This document shows positions 48,601-59,952 of a stretch of DNA of 64,000 nucleotides, in pieces. Both the position numbers and the translations under genes were made by a program. This stretch comes from Balanoglossus misakiensis (taxonomy: Eukaryota > Animalia > Hemichordata). The DNA lies in contig CM082598.2 in assembly GCA_040954595.2 (NCBI GenBank), forward strand, positions 558,001-622,000, in the 5' to 3' direction. A model generated the notes under the pieces. It was not told the DNA's origin and did not search any database. It worked only from the letters and a program-made list of their open reading frames with translations. How positions within the stretch are numbered: position 1 is the stretch's first letter; each line of letters starts with the position of its first letter.

Positions 48601-51600
48601 CCCATTTCTGAACATTCATAACTTCAGACCATTGTAGGTTTGCGCTGGTGCTCTCAGATGATCTTTTGTTTTTGTGGCGATGTCTTTCGAAATCTGCCCT
48701 GGTTGTCAGTCCTGTGCACCTCTATATTTACATTAAATACTGATGTTTGTCTGCCCTCAAACAGTCGTAAACTAACATTGTTTGTACACTATCAGTTCCT
48801 GTTCAAATATTTCACACTCACCTCTCCTCTGCTAGCCTTTGACTTCTCTTGCTGGGTTGGAACTAGCCTCATCAAGACCGTTTATGGCGCTGTTTATAAG
48901 TGGGCATCATCTGTTTTTTTCCTGGCAAGATCTTTAAGCCACAGCAGTTCTTAAATTATAGACAGACAAATACTGCTTATTCTACCACTATATTCTGTAG
49001 GAATTAATCGTCCATAAAAGGAAAATAAACACTAGTATTCATTTCTTTAGAATGAACCAGAAAAAATGAAAGAAAGAAAAAATAGGCAGGAAATGTAATA
49101 TATGCTGAAATCCACACAAAATCTATGAATTTGTTATTGTTTCTACAAGACAAGTATTCCTGAATATATCATGGAAAAGTCAAATATAGACATAAGCGGT
49201 ATCCATGCAATTACTAGACTATGAACTAACGTGACACGCAGACCCTGATCGAAGATGCCCCTTTTAACAATACTGTCTGGCTTGCATAGAGAGATTGTGA
49301 ATACACATTCAATTTAACTTAAGGGATGGCCCATTTGATATGGGTGGGTGTGGTGATGGAGAAACATTTCTGTCTTCATGAATGCATTTGTCCATAAACT
49401 GGTGGTTAAAATTAGAAGCATGTTTTTTGATTCTAATAGAGATAGGACATTTTTCGTTGTAATCACTGCAGGTACACGACCAGTAGTTCCCAAAAATTAT
49501 AATGATGAATGTTTTCATCTTTTCAACTCCTCTCTTCTGCGAACATTCCACCACCCCTGATAATAATGTTTCTTCCTTAATCACACTGCAAGCTGCATAG
49601 CCTTCTACATTTTGTCTGACTGTTCACAGTGTATGAAGCTTATTATAAACCGATTCCGCGAGGGAAAACAAAGTTGCAAAAAAACTATCCTTTCATGATT
49701 TAACCGCGACATTCCCATATTACATACCTGAGTCTCCTGTTTTCTTCGTTTTTCCTGAATTTCATCAGATGATATATGAGCTTGGAAAAGATGAGGTGAT
49801 GGTGAAATCTAGACACCTTAGACCCAGACACAACACTATTTTTTAAGAGTACTTAACGTTTTCAGTTTGTGTAGAATTTGAACAATAGCGCCCCCAACAG
49901 TTGGGTATTTAGTATTTTTAGGAAAAATTACCGTGAATTTCTGGACAGATAATAAAACAAAGTAGCTGAAGTTATGAAATGGGGGAAAGAGTAAAATGAA
50001 ATCCCTGACGTGACCTTGCTAAACACAAGATAATAGTGGTCGGTTCAGTAACCCGCACTCGTATGCATAAACACTTCGTGTTAATCTTACAACTTGTTAA
50101 ACAGATGAATAAAATCCAAAAGTTTTCGATGCCTTAGATTACAATGTAACCCGAATTTAAACAAAGCACTCAACGGATACTTAGAAACGCCCTCCTAATA
50201 TTTGTAAAACGATTTTGCAAATGTAGAAATGATCAGTGTAGAACAAGATCGATTGGTAGAATTGTCGATAAGAGAAAACGAACCCTTCATTGTCGAGGAT
50301 AGATAAATAAGGATTTTGTTTCTCTTTTGCTTCAGTTTGTTGTTCAAATCACTTTGATCTATCTCGCTGGATTCGGAACATGGCTTATCTAAACCTTAAA
50401 GTTAAGACAGTCCTTTGCTCTAAACGAAGTCATGACAGTGATATATGACAGAATGATTCACGGTGCCTTTAATCAGGTATTGAGATAAATATGCTCTCAA
50501 GGTTGACAGATAGATTTCTCGCATTATCTCTGCTTAATCAATAACAATATAGCGACCAAAAGGGTCATGTTAAGGTCGATGGTGAACTGGCTGCAGAAAA
50601 CTGATTCAAAAGGTGACCTTTCTCACTTAAGCTGTACACGTTTTCTGGTTGAATAAAGTCCTACAGCCCTACATTTGACTAATTACTTTATGAAATGATG
50701 TACTGCTTAAATTGTCCTGACCGAAAATTCTATTAACAATTTTGATTGAAATGACATTGTTCAACTGAAAATGACAGCAAATTGTTAGCAGTGTTTCCAT
50801 AATAACCTTAACAGTTCAAGGGAAAGTTTCTGGATATAAAACGATTTAAATTAAACTAAAACGACAGTGTATTTGTCATGTGTGTGTACGTCTGCGCGCA
50901 GACTGATCAAACTTGCTTTTGTGTTGCGTGTTGATCTGTTGATGTCTATAAAACTATGTCGGTGTTGACACTAGATCGGACCAAATAGGTATTTGTCTGT
51001 CGGTCAATGGATGTTGATTTTTCCCAGCTATTGATGTAACCATTGGGGTCACCGAGAATGTTTTAACACAAAGACAGAGGAGGAGGGTAGAGGGGCAGAG
51101 ACCAAACTGGCCAACAGTACTTGGTAACAAAACGAAAATACGGAACTTCTTGGGTGTGGTTCAGACCTGCCAGCAAAAACGATACGGACACAATTTTACC
51201 ATGTCCGATCACTAAGCAACCGATCAGTATTTATGTGACATTCAACTTTGTTATGGTCCATGGTCTCTTTTGTCACGGTTTTGTCTTCACATTCCTGACT
51301 ATTGTTTTGTTTGTCTTTGTTTATGTGCATTTCGTCATTACCAGATGGCAGGCCCCCGGGCGACTTTTTGGAATGACCAAAGTCTTTTTTGTTTCGGGAG
51401 TGATTGAAATGACACGCGAGGTCCTTCATTGAGGTCTAGGATGTTATGCGTCCTTTCTCGTGCGGCAATGCGGAGGTAATATTGGGTCCATATCGTAGTT
51501 GAGTTTCTGCTAGACCAGGATAGACATCCTGTCAATAAACACAAGTCAGGCCAAAGCATCACTTCAGGTCAAAGATAACAAACTAATCCTAGGCAGTTTA

Positions 51601-52458
51601 TCACCAGGGATTAACTGATTAGATCAGACATCAAACAAGTAGAGGTTACGCCATGGATGTATCATGAGATTCCTGAAATGTCATATGAGTGTGTCTTTGT
51701 CGCCCAAAAGTCGGGAACAGAAATCGCAGTCGACATATTCATGCTGAGATGATGTCTTGGTTCGTCACAACTATTGGTGACGTCACTTCAATGATACCTT
51801 GATGCGTCAGTGTCTTATGTAAGAATTCTGTGGATGTATTGGAAAGGCTTCGGAGACAACAGACTAAGATGTGTTGGTCTTCTGTTTTTCACTCACTTGG
51901 TGACTATAATTGGGTCTTTTTTGATTTGTGAAATCAATTAGTGGTGATGACGACTTCACTTCCTCCTTCGAATATGCGATGCCTGCGTCATCAATGTTTT
52001 GTAAACACTACAAAGATTAGCAAGATCATTTCTTGGTAATTTTTACACTCGGTATGGACTCACAGTACCACGCGATGCCGCCCACACCTACATCACAATG
52101 GTTGCGTCGTCGACAAAAGTAGACCGCTATTTTACATTGGTCAGGATCAGTTCATACACAGTGAAGTAAGACATGAATTGGTGTCCACTCGTCTGGGGAG
52201 GAATCAACAGGTTTCTATGAGATTGGTCTCGACGACAATTGAATAGAAACAGTCCTTTGCAGGACCAGTTTCGCGCACGCTGTTTGCAATTTGACAACTC
52301 GACGCTTTTTCGAGAACACCGCAGTTCAAGTTTGCGTCTCTCATGCTCAGCTGAACGGTCGTGTCGTCGCCTTCGCCGGTCCAGCAGTCACTCCAGCGGA
52401 CAAAACCTTTACCATAGTGCAGACTAGACAATTCAAGAACCACGAACAGCTCATCAAG

Positions 52459-55400
52459 ATGTCAACAGTCGGCATGGAAGCCAGGATTGTCGTCCTTGGA
52501 TGTCCGAATGTGGGAAAATCAGGTAAAAGTCTTGTCAATCATTTCCAGTCTTTTTCTCTGTTCAGAAAAGAGTATTTTTCAGTCTTTAAGATTGTTTTTT
52601 GTATCGATGTCTGTTTACTGAGCCCCCACCTTGTCAATACTGTAAGCACATTCACAGGGGACCCTTTGTGTTTGAGCGTCTTACGGTCAGCCGTTGCATC
52701 GAATCACAGCGTGTATTTGCGAACATTACCACCGCTGTTGTTCCGACCAAGCGATTGGTTTGAACAACACCGGTTGTTAAATAAACTCTAGAACTTTCAC
52801 GCTGTGCATATAAACGATTTTGCCTCACCTGTAATTTGTAGGATACGAGCAATAGGCCACTAATTATCTGAAGTAGTCTTTAGTCAAACAATACAGCTCT
52901 AATTTGGCCAATTAGTGTCCTTGTTTGTTATCTTAAGGATGTCACCTCTATATATCATCATTTCCTGAGATAGGGCCTAATTACGGTCGTTGATCGAACA
53001 GAAATGAACAAAAATGCGGTAAAAAACCCGAACCAAGTGTGATAGGAATTGGTCAGTCACGCGACATGTATTTTTGACGGCTCTGTAATAACTTTAGCTG
53101 TGTAAGAATCCCATCACAGGGGCTTGGTGGTCTCATTTTGTGTTTCGTCTTTCACCTTCGATCTCAACAGCGCTAATTAGGGGTTATCGTCCGCCGTTTG
53201 CGTACATTCCTTCCCATTGTTAGTTCTTCCGAAGAACCCTTTGTAAAAAGAATTCTATCATTTTCTTAAGATCACTCGCGTTTCGAGCTCCCCGTTATTG
53301 CAGTCTTTGGTGAGTTGGGGTCAAATTCAAGATTTTGATAATGAAATGTTAAACATCAAACAAGTTATGTAATGATAACAAAGATGAGGTCAGCTTCGAA
53401 ACTTGTTATCGCAGAAATCATGTCACAACAAGGAGCGATTCTAAAATTGACGGTGAAACTGATATCGCAACGGATCTGGAATAGGTTATCGGAACACAGA
53501 ATAGATCTGCGTAACATCACCGATCGAACAATATTGTAATCGTTGAACAACTCTGACGAAAACACTATTGTTACTCCAGCAAATATTGACGCAACGGCAG
53601 GCTAACTTAGCATTTTGAAAATGTATTGTTTCACTAATTAATTTTGGTGCAGTGGTTTCTATACTAAAATGCCAGTGTTGACCCCTGATTTTGGTTCTTG
53701 AGCGAAGGGGGGGGGGGGAGGGTGTTATTAGGTTAAGGGTCGTGTACTTGTTGCGTTAACTTTATACAAAAGACCGCATCGAGGCTAAGACACAATGAAG
53801 AAACAAACAAACAAGCTCATAACTCTTCGACACTTGAAGTCTACAGCCACGTTGACAAGAAAGTTTAAATGACAAATGTCAGGGGTTCTTTTCTGTTCAC
53901 TGATCCAGATGAGTAGATTTTGACAAATCACGCCGCGACAAATTTGACAGGGTGGTGTCAATGTGCTGATTTTCGATCCCCATCATACAATCCCATGAAT
54001 TCGATTTTCTCATTCACAAATTTGCATCGGCGTGTGTATAAGACACATCAGTCCGTCAGCTGATTTCACCCTTGAGAAGATATAGTCATTTCACATCGCC
54101 ATTTCGCGTGTATAGCCTACTAACAGTTTACAAACATGAATCAAAACTAATTGTGAATGTTTGTCGCTGCGTTTTTACCGTCCACAAGAGTCTATTCGAC
54201 TATGAGTTCGATCGCCTCAGATTTTGAAAACATTCTCGTGACCAAATTCGTCGCGTCGTAAACTTTACAGCTATTAATCCTTAGCTTTACGCTTGGCTTC
54301 CCCGTCCAGACAAATAAATTACACTGGTCTATTCAAGCATTTTAGAGTTGCCTACAAGTTATACAGACAACGGGTATGCTCCAACTACCTGATATGAAAG
54401 ATTTGACAGGTTGTATCAACACATGCAAAAAAGATGGCGGCTTGATCGTTGCTAGGAAACTTGTAACGACATGTAATTCATCGATGGGCTTATGCAGCAT
54501 ATAAACAAGTCAATTGAAAACCAAACCGGCGCACCACTCAATCAACACTTCATGAAAAAGAAAGAAAAACATCACAAATGAGTCAGCTAACCAGAGCTGG
54601 AGTATTTCGACCTTTACCTTTAACAGGTGGTTGCACTTGCTTAAAAAATACTTTACTCTTCATGCTCCACACACACTTCATTTGTGTGAAAAAAAATTAC
54701 CACAATGTTTACGTGCTGACTTTTTTTGCTTTTTTCCCCTTCAGCGTTGACTGTCCGCTACTTGACGAAGAGATTCATTGGCGAATATGAATCGAATCTC
54801 GGTAAGTTCATCCAAGAAATATGACTATGTACAAAGGTCATGACTTTTGACGAGCTTTTTAAGACACTATGCGACTCCGAGTCAAAAATCAATGCAAAGC
54901 ATTCAGTGAACTGCGTTGTGTATTGGGCATGCAATTTCTGAGCTGTCATGAAAATATTATGAAATCATTCTGGAATAGTCGGAGCAATTTATTTCTGCTT
55001 CGAAACTATAATTCCTCTCACGTAGTTGATTTTCCGCTCGGAATCACCTTTACACCTTTACTGCAAATTTGACGTTTTAGAAACGAAATTTCTATCATAA
55101 CAGTTGAAAGACAATTTCTGGAGATTGTCGGCAACAAATTGCCGTCAGCCAAATTGTACATGTCATAAACGTTTATTTGTCATCGAGTTGCCAAAATGAC
55201 CATTCCAATAGAGATAGCTTTTCACACAGTGGGAACAGCAAGATTCATCCTTGACGTCTACGCGTGTCTTTACTCGTGTAGACGTGAAAACATCACAGAT
55301 GTGCTGAGTCCGGGCCACCCACTTGAAGATCAAAGACAAAATGTGCTTTCCCACAATTTTCTCTTTGTTTCCCCAGTTAAAAACTACCTTCTTGAAATGT

Positions 55401-58400
55401 GAAGAATTTTGCGCGTATTTGTCAGAACAAACAGATAGCGTGAGAACCAGGCGGAACTTCAACGCCTCCATAGTTTCTCATCCCGTTAAAATCTTTGAAG
55501 ACATTATATCATTCCATCTCAACAACTTCTGAAATTCTGATGACACAAATTTGATATCTCTTTTCTTACAGATTTGTATTACAAACACACAGTCACGAAC
55601 AATGACATTCGATGGCCCATTGAAGTGCTTGATAGCTGTTGTCAAATGGTGAGTCACGTGATCCAGATATGAAATTGTGGGTGCCACTGAGAATTTACGC
55701 ACCACGCTATACTCCCACGGGAGTTAAGGGAACTTTCGGTTATTATGAGGGAGTGGGCCCGAATAATTGAAAAGGGGGTCATATTTTACATGGTAGACCG
55801 TACACAATTTACCATGGCCCACCCTATCGTAATAACAGAAAGCTCCCTTAACTCCCGTCCACAAGAAGACTGACAATATTGTATTTTATACAGGGGTTAT
55901 TTGATCGCCCAAGGGGTCAACGCGATGGATAACAAACCTCAGTAAATCCATATAACTGACAATCTGAAACCCTTGAACCTCGCGACTAAGATTAATATGT
56001 GGATTAGATCAGGAGATAATCTTACATTGTGATTTAATGTGGAAAACGTCAAGGCCGGTCATTGTTATCGTTTACATGCAGACAAACACTAGTACAAAAA
56101 GGCCGCTGAACCAAAATTGAACTTGATTGTCCTTTATCATAAACATCCATATGCACGTGTTTGAAATGATTTGTGTGTACTGACGTTGCGGTAATGTAAA
56201 CAGTAGATTCAACTTTGTGATGAGCAACTTCAAACTCTGCAGTTACAGAAAATATTACACTGACTGCATATCATATCTTCACGCCTGTCGGTTACTCTTG
56301 ATGGTTGATTGATTCCATCAGAGTTCAAAACCTGTGAAGAGCATTCAAAACAACAACATTGACATTTTTCAAACTGTTAATGAGGTACTTAGGTCACCTG
56401 GTGATGGGTGTCACCGCCAGGTGCGTACGTGTCGACCGGTTAACGATGCGTAATATTTCATGCAACTTCTCGTCACAAAGTCGAGTGTTATTTAAGGGTT
56501 TATGACATCCCCTTTGACCGTTTTATCTCTAAGTCTTCCCAGCTCGCTCTTCAAAGTGACATCACAAAGTGTACCAGACGATGTTATCTACGACCCTGCT
56601 TGAAACATTCTTATATTCACCTCCGGTAGCTGTCGGATTCTGAAGTGGGGCGACGTGTCGGCATCAGAAAAAAAAGTTGGCCGAGAAGTTGTATTCATCT
56701 CAACTGGCAAATGCGTGAATGCAGAATATTGGCACATTTGCGACCTTTGCGAATGTGTAGATGTAGCATCGTCGTAAACCACAACCCCTTTACGGCAATA
56801 TTTCCCCGTTTACGGCAACAAGCATCCTCTTTTTCCGAGGACAAGATAGATGAATCTGGTTCGCGAGAATGAGATGAAGCGGAAAAGTTTTGAGATGCTA
56901 AATGTTTTAGGAGTAGCTTGCGGCTATTGGGCGTCATTCGTGGTGTTCAATCACGAAGGTCATCCGGTGTATGTCTTTGTCATCGGAATATCTAGTCCCT
57001 CAAGTTTTTATTCAATGCTGGACAACAACACTCCTTTAAATAAAATGTGTCTAGTCACGGACGGATCCTCAGTTGACATGCGTAATCCGTCTTTAACAAC
57101 AACTAGCTGCTTCTGGTCAGTTGTATTTGTCCCACTTCAGCTTTTTAACTTGAAAGTCAATCAATCCAGCCTTTAGGTAGTAAACAAAGATTCTTTCAAA
57201 CATTCGATTCAATGAACACAGACAGTGTCTGTACATTTGTCGACAAAAAAGTGGTTATGCACCCGTGTTTGTGGTAACTCCTAGCCCTTGGGGACATCGG
57301 GATTGACTGAAACATTCCTTCTCCATTATAACCATTGAAGTCAGATGGTTGAAGTACAATTATTGTCGCGATAATGGCAGTAAGCTGGTCAATGCGGCGG
57401 TCACATGTAGACGCACATGTTCGGCGTAATCGTAGCCTGTTTACGATAGCATATGACCAAATAGATAGGCTATCGCAGCCAGCCCGTTATGTCGTAAAAA
57501 ATTACCAATTAAACATTTTGACGTCAATTTTAACGATGCTGTAACGGTACGGCGTGTTACCATATCATGGCTGGCGAGATCACGTTGAAACTGGCGTGTT
57601 TGTTCACCTTCGGTACATTGCATCAGATAAGCTGCGAGTCTCGTGTGTCTTGAAGACTATCCAGAAGGGTGTGGTAGTGACTTCAGCATTGCAAAAAGAC
57701 AACATTTCAAGACCTATCTTGTTTAATGTCCATGGAAATTGATCCATATCTGAAAGTCATAAAATCTTAACACCTTTTATAATTGACGTTAGGTGGTATG
57801 ACCTCTCTAATTATGGGTCAACTCCTACGATTAAATTGAACAGGGTGATTCTCCAATCGTTTGAACCATGTATATACTTGTTAACTACCCACAATCAGAG
57901 TCTTAATATTGTCTGGTATATCAAGGCTGTCTCTTTGTGAAATCGATGTTCCTGTGTTGTTCAACAGAAGCTGTGTGATTAGCGCCACCATAACCGACAA
58001 CGGAAGATATCTTTGTTTTAAAACTTTCAAACTTACTTCTGTATATTTCTATTTTTCTTCGCAGGAAGCGAATGGGAACGGAAATGTTATACTCTGCAAA
58101 GAAGCCCACGTGAAATGGGGAGATGCCTTCGTTATTGTCTATAATATTTGTGATCCCAGAACTTTTGAAGTTGTAGAAGCTCAAATTCAGCACATTCAGA
58201 GGTTAAAATCCCCTTGTTCTGTGCCTATAGCGATTATAGGCAACAAAATAGACTTGGATACTCACAGACAAGTGAGTACAGAAGATGGAAGAGAACTTGC
58301 CGCTGAATATGGCTGCCATTTCTATGAAGTGACCGCAAGAGGGGGTTGTAATGGTGTGACCCTTGGGTTCACTGCCCTGATTCATGAAATCCACGCGTCG

Positions 58401-58559
58401 AAACGGACTAAGAATGCAATGCGCAGACGCAGCGGCGTTACCAAGGCGATAAGTAATAAGGTGTTGTCAGCCATGAATACATTCAGGACTAAACCACCTG
58501 CAAGTCCAAAATTAAGCCCGAAAAACAGATCCAGAAAAATGTCACTGCAAATGTTTTGA
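52459..58559 (+). CDS. RERG/RERGL/RASL11-12-like Ras-family small GTPase, 4 exons, ~230 aa
   Basis: Exons 52459-52522, 54745-54801, 55572-55648, 58065-58559 (693 nt). G1 GCPNVGKS; ALTVRYLTKRFIGEY (RERG-group signature); G3 DSCCQ; WGDAFVIVY; G4 GNKID; G5 EVTAR; basic tail, no CAAX. Confidence 0.9.
55717..55858. mobile_element. Short TIR element (43-bp arms; GGGA...TCCC flanked by TTAA) in GTPase intron 3
   Basis: acgggagttaagggaactttcggttattatgagggagtgggcc versus reverse complement of the right arm acgggagttaagggagctttctgttattacgatagggtgggcc (37/43 identical). Confidence 0.75.
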
Positions 58560-59952
58560 ACGGAATGACATGATTCAAGCAACACACATCTGGATATGAA
58601 GTCTTAAGATCATGTGGCTTGTCAGTCATTTCGGTGACCCTATACATGGGAGTTACATTGAAAGTTGTGTGTTGAAAATACAACTGCAGCATTCAATGAA
58701 GATTCACATCTGCTTGTAAAGTTTGGATGTGTTTAGCATGGCTGGTTGCCATTTTGAATTCAGAAATATAGCCTGTAGTTTGAATTTAAAACTGCTTTTG
58801 TCCGAGAAACGCTTAGGATTGTTCTGATAGCGTGTGTTGTAGACCCTAACGTTTAATTTACAGACTTGTGTCAGTTGTCACGTGAGATCACCTTGGACAG
58901 ACGTGTGACAGAGAAAACAGTCATGGCCTTCTCAGCTGGCATCAATGTTTATGATTAAACTAACAATATTTGTAACATACAACGACATTGACTTTGTGTG
59001 ACGCTTTGTCATTTGATACTGAAATGCATTTAGAGGTTTTCACGTAAAACGCGGTGTGTTAACAGTCACAATACGGCATCGTATTGCCCATGGTGTGTTG
59101 GTACAACCTTGGTACAACTACGTAGTTCGCGCTGTATATAGCAGTTTGGAACTGGATTATAGGTGCTTTCAAGAAAATGGGAGAAGTTATGGGTAAATAA
59201 ATGCAAACTCTTTCAAAATCAAACCGTGTGCGATTGGTATACCGCTGTTTTGTTTTCCTTGACTCATTTGCATGACAATTCTCACCAGCCTGAGGGGCAT
59301 ACTTTCCCAACATATGGTTATACTTGTTTTCTAGGTTTCTTGATGTGTGGCAGTGATTAGCGTCTATACGTTAAAAAAATAAAACAAAAATCTTACTATA
59401 GGTAACATAGATGCCATTTGGCCCAAACTGTTGCCTAGGTATTGTTGCTAGGACGCATAGAAATGCACATGTAAGGTCAAACTTCATGACTGGTCCAATA
59501 TGCTTCAACATTTCATGACCGAGGAAAGCAATATTCGTTTGCCATGGAAACAGCAAATGGGGAAAGATCTATCATTTTTGTTGCTGCTACCTCTACCATC
59601 TGTGTACACTAACAACCAAGACAAAGTAAACGGTAGCTGAAATATGGCACCGCCAAGTATTAAGAAGAATTTTGTTGTTGGTTCAAACACGTCTATAGTG
59701 CTAGTTAGTGAAAAACATTTGCCACCTGCTGCTAATTCTATAGAGGCCCCTTTTCGTTTTTGAATGTCACCAAGAGCACACAAAATGGGCTCAGCATCTG
59801 GATTCTAACTTGGCCACATTTTAACCGTACGGCACATAGCGATGAATAAGACACAAATGTTTTCTTTCACTGATTGTTTCGCCTTTTTTGAAGAAAATGT
59901 ATAAATTCGAACTCGGATTTCCATTTCGCCAGTCACGACCGACTCTTTCAGA

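Noticed and set aside
47570-48950. Short ORFs suggesting a decayed gene or unannotated exons
   Set aside because: Stops in all frames, no recognisable domain, no consistent splice chain
5471-53720. Poly-C/poly-G runs (5471, 16993, 29275, 38829, 53707) and microsatellites (9243, 16043, 29988, 62841)
   Set aside because: Ordinary simple repeats, some inside MITEs; no further structure
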